Assembly (NCBI RefSeq): GCF_009914755.1
Contig: NC_060948.1
Length of the DNA stretch: 64,000 nt
Source: the human T2T-CHM13v2.0 reference genome, Homo sapiens
Reading direction: 5' to 3' (one strand)
A model generated the notes under the pieces. The model worked only from the letters and a program-made list of their open reading frames with translations, was not told the DNA's origin and did not search any database. Positions 1 through 14,606 of the stretch are shown one piece after another. The position numbers and the translations under genes were made by a program. The first letter of the stretch is position 1. Every line of letters begins with the position of its first letter.

Positions 1-3000
1 CGATGGGGTTTTCTAGATGTACAATCATGTCATCTGCAAACAGGGACAATTTGACTTCCTCTTTTCCTAATTGAATACCCTTTATTTCCTTCTCCTGCCT
101 AATTGCCCTGGCCAGAACTTCCAACACTATGTTGAATAGGAGTGGTGAAAGAGGGCATGCCTGTCTTGTGCCAGTTTTCAAAGGGAATGCTTCCAGTTTT
201 TGCCCACTCACTATGATATTGCCTGTGGGTTTGTCATAAATAGTTCTTATTATTTTGAGATCTGTCCCATCAATACCTAATTTATTGAGAGTTTTTAGCA
301 TTAAGCATTGCTGAATTTTGTCAAAGGCCTTTTCTGCATCTATTGTGATAATCATATGTTTTTTGTCTTTGGTTCTGTTTATATGCTGGATTATGTCTAT
401 TGTTTTGCGTATGTTGAAGCAGCCTTGCATTCCAGGGATGATGCCCACTTGATCATGGTAGATAAGCTTTTTGATGTGCTGCTGGAATTTGTTTGCCAGT
501 ATTTTATTGAGGACTTTTGCATCAATATTCATCAAGGATACTGGTCTAAAATTCTCTTTTTTTGTTGTGTCTCTGCCAGGCTTTGGTATCAGGATGATGC
601 TGACCTCATAAAATGAATTGGGGAGGATTCCCTCTTTTTCTATTGATTGGAATAATTTCAGAAGGAATGGTATCAGCTCTTCCTTGTACGTCTGGTAGAA
701 TTACACTGTGAATCCATCTGGTCCTGTACTTTTCTTGGTTGGTAAGCTGTTAATTATTGCCTCAATTTCAGAGCCTGTTTTTGGTCTATTCAGAGATTCA
801 GCTTCTCCCTGGTTTAGTCTTGGGAGGGTGTATGTGTCAAGGAATTTATCCATTTCTTCTAGATTTTCTAGTTTATTTGCGTAGACATGTTTATAGTATT
901 CTCTAATGGTAGTTCATATTTCTGTGGGATCAGTGGTGATATCCCCTTTATCATTTTTTATTGTGTCTATTTGGTTCTTCTCTCTTTTCTTCTTTATTAA
1001 TCTTGCTAGCAGTCTATCGATTTTGTTGATCTTTTCAAAAAACCAGCTCCTGTATTCATTGATTTTTCGAAGGGTTTTCTCTGTCTCTATTTCCTTCAGT
1101 TCTGCTCCGATCTTAGTTATTTCTTGCCTTCTGCTGGCTTTTGAATGTGTTTGCTCTTGTTTCTCTAGTTCTTTTAATTGTGATGTTAGGGTGTCAATTG
1201 TAGATGTTTCCTGCTTTCTCTTTTGGGCATTCAGTGCTATAAATTTCCCTCTACACACTGCTATGAATGTGTCCCAGAGATTCTGGTATGTTGTGTCTTT
1301 TTTCTCATCAGTTTCAAAGAACATCTTTATTTCTGCCTTCATTTTGTTATGTACCCAGTAGTCATTCAGGAGCAGGTTTTTCAGTTTCCATGTAGTTGAG
1401 CAGTTCTGAGTGAGTTTCTTAATCCTGAGTTCTAGTTTGATTGCACTGTGGTCTGAGAGAAAGTTTGTTATAATTTCTGTTGTTTCACATTTGCTGAGGG
1501 GTGCTTTACTTCCAACTATGTGGTCAATTTTTGAATAAGTGCAATGTGGTGCTGAGAAGAATGTATACTCTGTTGATTTGGTGTGGAGAGTTCTGTAGAG
1601 GTCTATTAGGTCTGCTTGGTGCAGAGCTGAGTTCAATTCCTAGATATTCTTGTTAACTTTCTGACTTTTTGATCTGTCTTGTGTTGACAGTGGGGTGTTA
1701 AAGTCTCCCATTATTATTGTTTGGGAGTCTAAGTCTCTTTGTAGGTCAGTAAGGACTTGCTTTGTGAATCTGGGTGCTCCTGTATTGGGTGCATATATAT
1801 TTAGGAGAGTTAGCTCTTTTTGTTGAATTGATCCCTTTACCATTATGTAATGGCCTTCTTTTTATCTTTTGATCTTTGTTGGTTTAAAGTCTGTTTTATC
1901 AGAGACTAGGATTGCAACATCTGCCTTTTTTTGTTTCTCATTTGCTTGGTGGATATTCCTCCATCCATTTATTTTGAGCCCATATGTGTTTCTGCATGTG
2001 AGATGGGTTTCCTGAATACAGCATACTGATGGGACTTGACTCTATCCAATTTGCCAGTCTGTGCCTTTGAATTGGAGAATTTAGCCCTTTTACATTTAAG
2101 GTTAATATAGTTATGTGTGAATTTGCTCTTGTCATTATGATGTTAGCTGGTTATTTTGTGCATTAGTTGATGCAGTTTCGTCCTATCCTCAATGGTCTTT
2201 ACAATTTGGCATGTTTTTTCAGTGGCTGGTACCAGTTGTTCCTTTCCATGTTTAGTGCCTCCTTGAGGAGCTCTTTTAGGCAGGGCTGGTGGTGACAAAA
2301 TATCTCAGCATTTGTTTGTCTGTAAAGGATTTTATTTCTCCTTTACTTATGAAGCTTAGCTTGGCTGGATATGAAATTCTGGGTTGAAAATTCTTTTATT
2401 TAAGAGTGTTGAATATTGGCCACCACTCTCTTCTGGCTTGTAGAGTTTCTGCTGAGAGATCAGCTGTTAATCTGATGGGCTTCCCTTTGTGGGTAACCCA
2501 ACCTTTCTCTCTGGCTGACCTTAACATTTTTTCTTTCATTTCCACTTTGGTGAATACGACAATTATGTGCCTTTGAGTTGTTCTTCTTGAGGAGTATGTC
2601 TGTGGCGTTCTCTGTATTTTCTGAATTTGAATGTTGGCCTGCCTTGCTAGATAGGGGAAGTTCTCCTGGATAATATCCTGCAGAGTATTTTCCAATTTAG
2701 TTCCATTCTCCCCATCACTTTCAGGTACACCAGTCAGATGTAGATTTGGTCTTTTCACATAGTCCCACATTTCTTGGAGGCTTTTTTTCATTTCTTTTCA
2801 TTCTTTTTTTTTTCTAAGCTTCTCTTCTCGCTTCATTTCACTCATTTGATCTTCCATCACTGATACCCTTTCTTCTAGTTGATTGAATAAGCTACTGAGG
2901 CTAGTGCATTCTTCTCGTAGTTCTCATGCATGGTTTTCAGCTCCATCAGGTCCTTTAAGGACTTCTCTGCTTTGGTTATTCTAGTTAGCCATTCATCTAA

Positions 3001-4237
3001 TTTTTTTCTCAGCACTTTTGATTTCTTTGCCATGGGTCTGAACTTCCTCCTTTAGCTTAGATCATCTGAAGCCCTCTTCTCTCAACTCGTCAAAGTCATT
3101 CTCTGTCCAGCTTTGTCCCATTGCTGGTGAGGAGCTGTGTTCCTTTGGAGGAGGAGAGGCACTCTGATTTTTAGAGTTTCCAATTTTTCTGCTCTGTTTT
3201 TTCCCCATCTCTGTAGTTTTATTTACCTTTGGTCTTTGATGATGGTGATGTACTGATGGGGTTTTGGTATCGATGTCCTTTCTGTTTGTTATTTTTCCTT
3301 CTAACAGTCAGGACCCTCAGCTGCAGGTATGTTGGAGTTTGTTGGAGGTCCAATCCAGACCCTGTTTGCCTGGGTATCAGCAGCGGAGGCTGCAGAACAG
3401 TGGATATTGGTGAACAGCAAATGTTGCTGCCTGATCATTCCTCTGGAAGTTTTGTCTCAGAGGAGTACCTGGCCTTGCGAGGTGTCAGTCTGCACCTACT
3501 GGGGGGTGCCTCCCAGTTAGGCTACCCAAGGTTCAGGGAGCCACTTGAGGAGGCTGTCTGTCCTTTCTCAGATTTCACGCTGTGTGCTGGGAGAACCGCT
3601 ACTCTCTTCAAAGCTGTCAGACCGGGACATTTAAGTCTGCAGAGGATTCTGCTGCTTTTTGTTTGGCAATGCCCTGCCCCTAGAGGTGGAGTCTACGGAG
3701 GCAGGCAGGCCTCCTTGATCTGCGGTGGGCTCCCCCCAATTCAAGCTTCCTGGCCGCTTTGTTTACCTACTCAAGCCTCACAATGGTAGGCGCCCCTCCT
3801 CCAGCCTTGCTGCCGCCTTGCAGTTTGATCTCAGACTGCTGTGCTAGCCATGAGTGAGTCTCCAAGGGTGTAGGACCCTCCGAGCCAGGTGCAGGATATA
3901 ATCTCCTGGTGTATTGTTTGGTAAGACCATTGGAAAAGCACAGTATTAGGGTGGGAGTGACACAATTTTCCAGGTGCCGTCTGTCACCCCTTTCTTTGAC
4001 TAGGAAAGGGAATTTCCTGACCCTTTGCACTTCCTGGGTGAGGTAATGCCTTGCCCTGCTGCGGCTTATACTCACTGCACTGCATCCACTGTCCTGCACC
4101 CACTTTATGACACTCCCCAGTGAGATGAACCCGGTACGTCACTTGGAAATGCAGAAATCACCTGTCTTCTGCGTCACTCACGCTGGGAGCTGTAGACTGG
4201 AGCTGTTCCTATTCAGCCATCTTGGCTCCACCCCCTC
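1..4237 (-). mobile_element. LINE-1 (L1PA4/5-like): 5'UTR, ORF1 and 5' half of ORF2; runs off the window start; ORFs broken
   Basis: Minus ORFs give L1 ORF1p (2396-2791, RPNLHLTGVPESDGENGTKLENTLQDII) and ORF2p endonuclease (MTRANSHITILTLNVKGLN, IIMGDFNTPLS). The 5' end GGGGGTGGAGCCAAGATGG is at ~4235. The 5'UTR retains the ~128 bp segment at 3339-3466. Confidence 0.95.
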
Positions 4238-4372
4238 CATCTACTTTCAAATAAGTTGCTGTGCTATTAATAAAGACCATGAACTGGCAGGAATTGAGTT
4301 TTCTATGATCAAATAGTCATTCAAGAAGAATGGTGCCACTTGTTTGTTTGGTTTGTTCGTTAATTTGTGATT

Positions 4373-4665
4373 TTGTTGTTGCTGTGATTAAGTCTTGCTT
4401 TGTTGTCCAGGCCGGGGTGCAATGGCATGATCTTGATTCATTGCAAAGTTTGCCTCCTGGGCTCAAGTGACTCTCCTGCCTCAGTCTCTGGAGTAGCTGA
4501 GACTACAGGCCCCAACACCATGCGTGCTTAATTTTTGTATTTTTAGTAGAGACGTGGTTTCACCATGTTAGCTAGACAGATCTTGAACTCCTGAACTTAG
4601 GTGATTTATCCGCCTCTGCTTTCCAAAGCCCTGAGTGTACAGGCATGAGCCACGGTGACAGTCCC
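4373..4665 (-). mobile_element. Alu, diverged (AluS/J-like)
   Basis: Antisense Alu motifs such as aatttttgtatttttagtagagac and caggcatgagccac. Confidence 0.85.
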
Positions 4666-5244
4666 AGGTGGTTGATTTTAATGTAACAATCCAAAAACAA
4701 ATGTCACAGTCAAGATTTTGTAGATAGATTTAAAACTAACATATTCTGCAGTTGGGAATGAAATGTAATAGCACATACCTTCACATTAATTCATTTATAC
4801 ATTTAGAGATGTTATAAAAATGTATAGGCAGTATACACAGTAGTACTCAAGAAGCCAAGGAAAGATGTGTGCAGTGCTAAGTGTTGCATATAGGCTTCTG
4901 CCAGTGGCTAGGAATAGTGGTCCTGCTGATTATTTCCTTTCCCTCATAGAGTAAATCATTGATATTCATCCTTGCAAAAAGCTGTAAGGCAGTTTTTAGG
5001 AGAGTTGTCAAAGAAAAGCCAGGATTACATTAACATTCATACTCAGCCTTTTAGATGTGTCAAAGGTCTCTATTTAAATAAGTAAAATTTGACCAGAACA
5101 TGAATACACACTCACATCAATGTAGGTACTTTGGTCACAGCAGTTGCTTTATTTGTACTATATATTGGAATTCTCAGTAATGCTTGTTTTGTGGGTGAAC
5201 GGAAAGTGGAGGAAGTCACAGAACTTTTATAAAATGTTTGGAAT

Positions 5245-5300
5245 TGTCCTGGGCATGGTGAATCATGCCTGTAATCTCAGCATTTTTGGAGTCCGAGGTG
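5245..5300 (+). mobile_element. Alu 5' fragment
   Basis: gggcatggtgaatcatgcctgtaatctcagcatttttggagtccgagg. Confidence 0.65.
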
Positions 5301-6624
5301 ATACACCAGAGGAGGCTGGGAATGGTCTCCTTGTTCCTATAATAAGATCTTACTGTAAAATAGGTAATGTCCATTGAAAATCAAGTTATACAACCTGTTC
5401 TAATGGTGAGCACTTGAACAATTTTGTTCCATTCTGAATTAACTTTAAGCAAGTAATTCTAAGTTTTGTCTTTTTACCTTGTGTGAAATAACTACCTTCA
5501 TTTTTACACCATTTATTTGATTTTTAAAATAAAGATGTTTGTTCAAGGTTGTGGTAGTTTAATATTCATATTTAATGTGCTGCCCATCACATCTGTTTAT
5601 GTTCTATTTCCCCTATTGGTAGTGTTCAAACTAATATGATGTCTTAACCTGTTATACAGCACTGATATTGAAACAAACTAAATCCCAGATCTATGGGTGC
5701 AGAAAAAGGTAAGACTCATATAGAAATCTAGGAGTAATTTCAGCAAGCATGTATTTTTTAATACAGTTGTTCCTGCCTTCAATGAGCATATAATCCAGAG
5801 GGATATCATCCATCCAAGAGCAGCAGGGTGAGTGACAGCAGGAAGACATGGCTCAGCTGCTGACAGTGGAACATTGAAAATAGCCTTTTCTCCATGCTAA
5901 TGAAGGTGAAATAGGAATAGCAATCCATGTCCTGGGTATTTTGTAGTAAAGTTAAGTGCCAAATTTCATATGTGACAAATTCTTTGAAGGAGCTGCAAGG
6001 AAAGTGGAGCATTAAATGTGACCTCCAATGTGGGCTGCAGAGAAAAGTATTGCAGTCATGAAGGTGTGAAGAAGAGCACTGGGTCACATGGGTAGAACTG
6101 TCAGCTGATAGATAGGAGCTGATCATGGGGAAAGATAAGCTGGCAAAGCTTGGATCTGGTAGGTGATGTCCCTTTAAGGCTCTTTAACATAAGAGCAATG
6201 AAATGAAATCAGTCTTAAAATCAGTCCCCTGTTAGAATATGTATGTTACCACTAAATTGGTTATCTGCTTTAGTGCTCCAAGAGTGATCCAGAAGAAATG
6301 CGGATATGGAGTTTCATCCTCTTGTTATACCTGGAAACTTCCAGAATACATCCTTTTCCATGGACACAGATATTCTCAATCTCTCTTTTGACCATGCTGT
6401 ACTTGTGATCTTTATCTTTTCAGTCACTTCAACACTTCCTAGTTGTCAGTCCAGAGTTCCAGAAAGCACTGACTGTCCAGACACCACCTTTCACTGGGTA
6501 CCACACTGGTGCGTTTCTCTACTTACCACTTTGCTACTCTACCTGACACGTTTATTGTGAGAAAACTTATATGGTGGTGTCATGATACAAAAGTGAAAAT
6601 TTAGGTTTTTCCAGAAACGTAAAT

Positions 6625-8146
<1,522 letters not shown>

Positions 8147-8269
8147 GGTATAAGTTTATTAATGACACACAAATGAAGAGTAATTACTAGTAAGAATAAT
8201 TATAATACTATGTGGAATGGAAATAAAAAAGGTTAAGTCATTTTGAAAAGGATAAATAAGTAAATAAGA

Positions 8270-9360
8270 ATGCATTGGAAATATGTTAGATTCTAATCTT
8301 TCATATCCAACATTATTGTCTTAGGAAATCATTTTCTTTCACCAAGAATACAATGTTAATTGCACAAAAATCATGTACATAGAAAAATTAGTTTCCCATT
8401 TTTCCAGGAAAAAATTTCAAGTATAAATTCTAGAATAGTCAAGTATCTTATCTTAATTATAATTAAAGTCTTGGTCCTCTCATTTATTAGCTCTCTAATT
8501 TGCATGTGTAAATCAAAGAGACTTTTTAGACAACCATTACAATTTATAAATGTAAGGTTTCATTATTGAGAAAATATATTCCTCCATGAGTGGATATGTC
8601 CCATCTCCCACCAACTAATGACACAGGGCTATACATTTGTTGAATCTTATTAGTAAGTAATACACTGCTACAAACACTAATTGTCTTCTCCATGTCCATG
8701 TTGATTTTGTGTATATGTGTGAATTGGTTAGCATGCATCTGCCTTATCTCTAACATTCAATAACAAGATGTGCCAGGCTTGGGCTTTTGGTGAAGGTTGA
8801 CCATGCCTGTGTTCATCAAGTGATCTGACATATCCACAGTCACAAGAATTTTTTGAACCCCATCCTCAAAGGCTGCTGCCACATTTGTGGCATCTTTTGC
8901 ACTTGTTGCAAAGTAAGGGTAGTCACTGTCCTTCCTGCATAATGCAGCTGTTCTTCTATAAACACCTGCCTTTCGTTTATGCCAGTCCTGGAATGCAGAA
9001 CTACAAAAGGAAATCGCTCAGGTTCTTTCCAATTACTTAAGTTCTGGAAGCTTCCTAAATCATTGATTCTAAAAATAAGCAGAGAACTGTCAGAACCTCT
9101 GTAAAATGGTGTCCTCAGGCTTCAGAATCTCTCCTGACCTGCCATGTCACAAATCTGTATGGTAACAAAATGTCCACCCCTTTCAAATCTTATTTTAAAA
9201 TTCCACATCTATTGCATGGAACAGCTGAGTGCCAAACTTAATAGTTACTTATCTGTTCCTAAGTGAACTCTTCCCAACCCCACCATCTCCAAAGAGAATT
9301 ACTTTAAAAAGTGATGAATTTCCTGCCACTGTTAATTGCAAGAGCTTCAAGAACCCTTGA
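8270..9360 (-). pseudogene. RAB9AP: RAB9A pseudogene (RAB9AP-type); coding remnant 8757-9329 plus 3'UTR and upstream acceptor
   Basis: Minus strand reads (V)AGNSSLFKVILFGDGGVGKSSL...CRKDSDYPYFATSAKDATNVAAAFE...SDHLMNTGMVNLHQKPKPGTSCY*. ATG is mutated to GTG, there is an early TAA plus deletions, and the terminal CC has become CY. Confidence 0.93.
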
Positions 9361-9428
9361 AAATAAAAAGGCACCATAACATTCCTTTTTGCCTACCTAT
9401 TCATCTATATGAGTGTATGAATATCAGC

Positions 9429-9738
9429 TTTATTTATTTTTCTTTTTTTTTTTTTTTGAGATGGAGTCTCACTCTGTTACCCAGGCTGGAGTGCAGTGGC
9501 ATTATCTGGCTCACTGCAAGCTCTGCCTCCCAGGTTCACACTATTCTCCTGCCTCAGCCTTCTGATTAGCTGGGACAACAGGAACCTGCCACCACAACTG
9601 GCTAATTTTTTTGTATTTTTATCAGAGACGGGGTTTCACAGTGTTAGCCAGGATGGTCTTGATTTCCTGACCTCGTGATCCACCCGCCTCAGCCTCCCAA
9701 AGTGCTGGGATTACAGGCGTGAGTCACCATGCCTGGCC
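9429..9738 (-). mobile_element. AluY-like with TSD
   Basis: Full antisense Alu; TSD gaatatcagc at 9419-9428 and 9739-9748. Confidence 0.9.
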
Positions 9739-10163
9739 GAATATCAGCATTTAACTGAAGTAACACACATAAACCTACAGAATAACTAAAAATAAGACTT
9801 GTTGTTTACTGAGCATACAGCCATGTGTGGGCTACTATACTACCATGATTCTCTGAAACAACTAAAAAGGGCTCACTCTTCCCCTTTATCAGGTCACAAT
9901 TGACTGTGAAGCTGGTACTTTAGCTGAAATGTGACATCAAAGCTCTTGTTATGAACAGTGAATCTATGATAAGCCCCTCTCTGCTCATAGTAAGCTCCAC
10001 TACTGTTGGTTAGAGATGGATAAGAGAGCAAAGATTGTATGTTTCTGATACAGCAAGATTTATACCTTAGGGAGTATGTTTATGACAAAGGTAATGGAGG
10101 TTAGTGTTGAGAGAGCAAGAAACTTTATAGTTATATCTGAGCCAAAAAGAAGAGCCATGTTTA

Positions 10164-10468
10164 AGCTAGGCACGTTGGTTCATGCCTGTAATCCCAGCAC
10201 TTTGGGAGGCCAAGGTGGGCAGATCATGAGATCAGGAGCTTGAGACCAACATGAAAAACAGGCTGAAACCCTGTTCTACTAAAAATACAAAAATTAGCCA
10301 GGGGTGGTGGTGTGTGCCTGTAATATCAGCTACGCAGGAGGCTGAGGCAGGAGAATCCCTTGAATCCGAGAGGAGGAGGTTGCAGTGAGCTGAGATTGCA
10401 CACATGCACCCCAGCTTGGATGACAGGGCAAGCAAGACTCCATCTCAAACAAACAAACAAGCAAACCA
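10164..10468 (+). mobile_element. AluS-like
   Basis: Dimeric Alu with a (caaa)n tail. Confidence 0.88.
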
Positions 10469-10469
10469 A

Positions 10470-11872
10470 GTAGGTTTCGTCTTTTCACATAGGCCTGTAT
10501 TTCTTGGACATGTTGTTTGTTCCTTTTCATTCCTTTTCTCTGACATTTTCTTTATGCTTTATTTCAAAAAGTTGATCTTCAGTCTTTGATATCTTTCTTC
10601 CACTTGATCAATTTGGCAAGTGATAATTGTGTATCTTTCCGCAGTCTTTTTGCTGTGTTTTTGATTTATGTTTTTCTCTAAACTGGTTATTCCAGTTATC
10701 AATTTCCCTGACCTTTTTTTGAGGTTCTTAGCTTCCTGGCATTGGGTTAGAACATTCTCCTCTTCTCAGAAGAGTTTTTATTACCCACATTCTGAAGCCT
10801 ACTTCTGTCTATTCCTAAAACACATTTTCTATTCAGTTTTGTTTTCTTGCTGATGAGGAGTTGTGATCCTTTGGAGGAGAAGAGACTTTCTTGTTTTTGG
10901 AATTTTCAGCCATTTTGTGCTTTTTTTTTACATCTTCGTGCATTTATGTACCTTTGTTCTTTGATGTTGGTTACTTTTGAATAGTTTTTTATGTGTGCGT
11001 GTGTGGAAATCCTTTTAGTAGATGTTGATACTGTGCCTTTCTGTTATGAGTTTTCCTTCTAACAGTCAGGCTTCTCTGCTGCAGGTGTGCTGGACTTTGC
11101 TGGAGGTCCACTTCTGACCATTTTTGCCTGTGTTTCACTATCAGAGGGTGCAGAAAAGCAAAGATTGCTGCCTATTCCTTCCTCTGAAAGTTTCCTCCCA
11201 CAGGGGCACCTGCCAGGTGCCAGCCAGAGCACTCCTGTATGAAGTGTCTGTGGATCCCTGCAGGGAGGAGTCTCCCAGTCAAGAGGCATGGGCTTCATGG
11301 ACCCACTTGAGGAAGTAAGTAGTCTGTTGGAAATCTGCACCTCTCTTCAGAGCCAGCAGGTAGGAAGGTTTAAGTCTGCTGAAGCTGTGCCTACAGCCAC
11401 CCTATCCCCCAGGTGCTCTGTTTCAGGGAGATGGGAGTTGTATCTACAAACCCCTTACTGGGGCTGCTGCCATTCATTCAGAGATGCCCTGACCAGAGAG
11501 GAGGAATCTAGGGAGGCAATCTGGCTACAGTAGCTTTGCTGAGGTGCAGTGACTTCCCAGTGGCTTTGTTTACACTCTGAAGGGAAAACCACCTACTCAA
11601 GCCTCAGTACTATTTGACGTCCCTGTCGCCACCAATCTCAAGCACTTCAGGTTGACTTAAGACTACTGTGCTGGCAGCAAGAATTTCAAGGCAGTAGATT
11701 TTAGCTTGCTGGGCTCCATGAGGAAGGCATCCGCTGTGCTAGACCTCTTGGCTCCCTGGATTCACCTCCCTTTCAAGGGAGTGAATGGTTCTGTCTTCCT
11801 GGCATTACAGGTGTCAAGGGGGTATGAAAAAAAAATAATTTTTCAAGCTAGCTCTGTGTCTGGCCAAACCAG
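10470..11872 (-). mobile_element. Older L1PA (PA7/8-like) 5'UTR and ORF1 fragment
   Basis: Diverged homology to the 5'UTR/ORF1 of the other L1s in this window (ttttccttctaacagtcagg, gctggaggtccact, cctactcaagcctcag). Confidence 0.8.
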
Positions 11873-12761
11873 TTTTATACAGCTTGCATGAAAATTTATG
11901 TTTAGCACCTTCAATTATGTATTATAATGTAACTTTTAGCAATTTTTAAATTTAATGTAAAACCTGTTATTTCTTGTTTTTTTTGTTTTTCCTGTAAATG
12001 GCAGTAACATTAAACCTTTTCCATGGGTACAAGTGGATGATATATTCTTTTCCATGGGTACAAGTGAATGATATATTTGTTCATTCACATATTTAACTAT
12101 TAGAATTTCTGGGAAGCTGGATTTGCTATAAAGCTACTTTGAAAAAGATCTGTTTTCTTCTAGATGTCCCCAGACAATAGACAGAAACCCTGAATCCTCT
12201 TTCTGAAAGAGGACAGTTATGCTGAGAAAGCACTGTGTGTCCCCAAGATTTCCTCTAGCTTAGTCCCAATGGTCTTTCAAGGAAATGGACAGCAGGCCAG
12301 ACTTTCTCCAGTACAAGGAGAAAGCCAGGAAGAGGTAGATCTTACCAGATGGCTGAATTAGTGTTGTTTGTTGGATGTTCCAGTTGGAATTGGCAAATGG
12401 TCTCCCAGACTGGAGCCACATGAGGAAGAGAGAGTAAGATAATGAGAGAGATGGAGAGAGAGAGAGAAGAGGAAAGAGGGAGCCAGTGTTAGGAAGTGAA
12501 ATAACTATTGTTGGTGCTCAAAGGTGGATTCCTGAGACTTGAGGGTTTTAGAGCCCTGAACTGAGCCTTGCAGTTCCCTTCAGGTCAGTTGTCCTTCTCA
12601 CACAAATCTCTTTAAGAGTAAAATGAGAGAAAAGATGGGGCATGTGGCCAGAGACTCTCAGGATCCACGAGTTAACTTAGGGTAAACTGCCATTGCCCAC
12701 AGCTTACTGGGATGCAAGGGAGCCTCTGCCCCCAACACCGGTCCCGGATTTCAGCACCCAA
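11873..12761 (-). mobile_element. ERV1 (HERV-F type) internal leader with tRNA-Phe primer binding site at 12742-12760
   Basis: The minus strand right after the LTR reads TGGGTGCTGAAATCCGGGA, matching the Phe PBS TGGTGCCGAAACCCGGGA. The left boundary is approximate. Confidence 0.7.
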
Positions 12762-13194
12762 TGTAAGAAGTAAAGAAAGAGGAGAGAAACCTGAATGGTG
12801 ACTTGACAGTCAACACAGACAGGTTTATTTTGAATCAGTCTGAGAGGGGTGGCTAGCCAGGTTAAGTCAGAGCCACACACTAACGGATTAAGAATTTTTC
12901 ACAATTCAGTCTCGGAGAGTTTATCAGAGGCTTGCACTGCCTCTGTGTCTCTTTGCTGTGGTTATCTGAGAGAGAGAGTTCCTTTTCTGTTTTTGTACAT
13001 CTTTCTGGAGTTGCAGGCATATCCCCCATGTCTGCTTCTAGCTTCCTTATCTTAGTGCACCTGAAGGGAAAGGAATGTGCTGGTTATTTGTAGTTAGGAG
13101 AGAAGTGATTTCCTTGAAATGCATGAGGCTAAAAAGAGAGCTGGATGTTAAAGTGATGGTGTTGGTTCAGGATGAAGGTGCTCCTGCTCTATCA
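12762..13194 (-). mobile_element. 5' LTR, LTR19/HERV-F-like
   Basis: Minus strand TGATAGAGCAGGAGCACC...CTTACA (TG...CA ends), with AATAAA near the 3' end and a PBS-Phe following. Confidence 0.75.
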
Positions 13195-13205
13195 CTTCTA
13201 GTCAG
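13195..13205 (+). pseudogene. USP9YP: 3' stub of a USP9 exon (..PSSQ) with donor, truncated by the LTR
   Basis: cttctagtcag|gtaatt matches the end of the exon that precedes the [12 protein letters not shown] exon found ~620 bp downstream. The match is short. Confidence 0.55.
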
Positions 13206-13821
13206 GTAATTGTACAGCTATTATTTTTGTTTTGCTTTTTGGAGTAATTAAATACTTACAAGTAAATTCTGTTGTCTGCAAATTCAAATCAGCAAACTTA
13301 TATGACTCTAATTGATGTATTTTCCATACACAAATGCATGCTTACAATACATTACAACACCTGTGAGTTCTAAAAATTATTTTATGCTAATGAATACTGA
13401 TTTCTGCACTCTCTGAAAAACAAGATTAAGTGATTTTGTGTATTGAATATACACAGTTACTTAGGAAATCCCTGAGGTTTATATTTTTTAAAATGTCCTT
13501 TTCTAATGGTTAAATTGAAATATATTTTAGTAAAAAAAACCTGTAACATAAAATTAAAATTAGTGACAATGTAAATAACTGCATGGCTTAAATTATTCTT
13601 TTGAAGTTGTGGAAGTGTTGTTGTTTTTGTTTTAATTATAACAGCATACAACATCTGCAATAAAATTTACCACAGCTCTTCATTTTTTCTCTCAAAGAGG
13701 AATTGTATTTAATAATTTTCTTTGTGAGATGTTTGCTGTTTATGAGAACAGGACTCATTATTCAAATAGAAGTTGTTTTTAAATCTTGATTCTATTACAC
13801 CAATGAATAATTGCTTTTCAG

Positions 13822-13951
13822 AGAAATGTAACAACTTTAGCAAGAGTGGTCAGTTACTAAGAGCAGTATTTGATCTCCTGAGAAGAAAAGATTCAGAGCA
13901 TAGGGTTTATATTTACAGAAATATATTTGTTTGTAATGTATGCAAGCTCAG
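13822..13951 (+). pseudogene. USP9YP: USP9X/Y-like exon remnant
   Basis: KCNNFSKSGQLLRAVFDLLRRKDSEH...LFVMYAS versus USP9 [26 protein letters not shown]...LFVMYANLG; ttcag acceptor, gtaaga donor; frameshifted. Confidence 0.88.
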
Positions 13952-14230
13952 GTAAGATATTTTCATAATTTTATATCAATGATGTTTTTATTTTTATATA
14001 TTAAATGAGAAGCACATTTTAATCAAGTTATAACATGTAAAGTGTCCTAATGTACAAGCAATATTCCACGTACATATACACATATACACATCAAAATGCC
14101 TTGCAAATCTGTGTAACTTTAATGTATTTCATGTATTCTCAGGTAATTTATATTTATGCACTTGTTTCATTTTTCTGGTAACCTTTAAGATTAGATATTG
14201 TGCCTGATTGATGACCTCTTGATGTTATCT

Positions 14231-14433
14231 TTTTCTTTTGTATTTTTTTTTTTTTGAGATGGAGTCTAACTCTCTGGCCAGGCTGGAGTGCAGGGGCATG
14301 ATCTCATTTCACTGCAACCTGCCTGACCAATATACATATATATATACATGTATATATATACACATTTATATATATGTATATATATACACATTTATATATA
14401 TGTATATATATACACATTTATATATGTGTGTAT

Positions 14434-14467
<34 letters not shown>

Positions 14468-14606
14468 GTATAACTTTTTTCATACTTTGGTACAGACAGG
14501 GATTCACCATGTTAACCAAGATGGTCTCGATCTCCTGACCTTGTGATCCGCACACCTCGCCCTCCCAAAGTACTGTGATTACAGACTTGGGTCACTGTGC
14601 CGAGCC
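14231..14606 (-). mobile_element. Alu with part of the right arm replaced by a (TA)n/(CA)n microsatellite
   Basis: Both Alu ends present; TSD gatgttatct at 14221-14230 and 14607-14616; simple repeat at ~14329-14471. Confidence 0.85.

Noticed and set aside
308-1361. Plus-strand ORFs over L1 (also at 51-55 kb and 60-62 kb)
   Set aside because: They are antisense shadows of L1 ORF2 and recur in every L1 copy.
3783-3857. L1 ORF0 (MVGAPPPA..), also present at ~55469
   Set aside because: Both copies stop at a CGA>TGA after about 24 codons.
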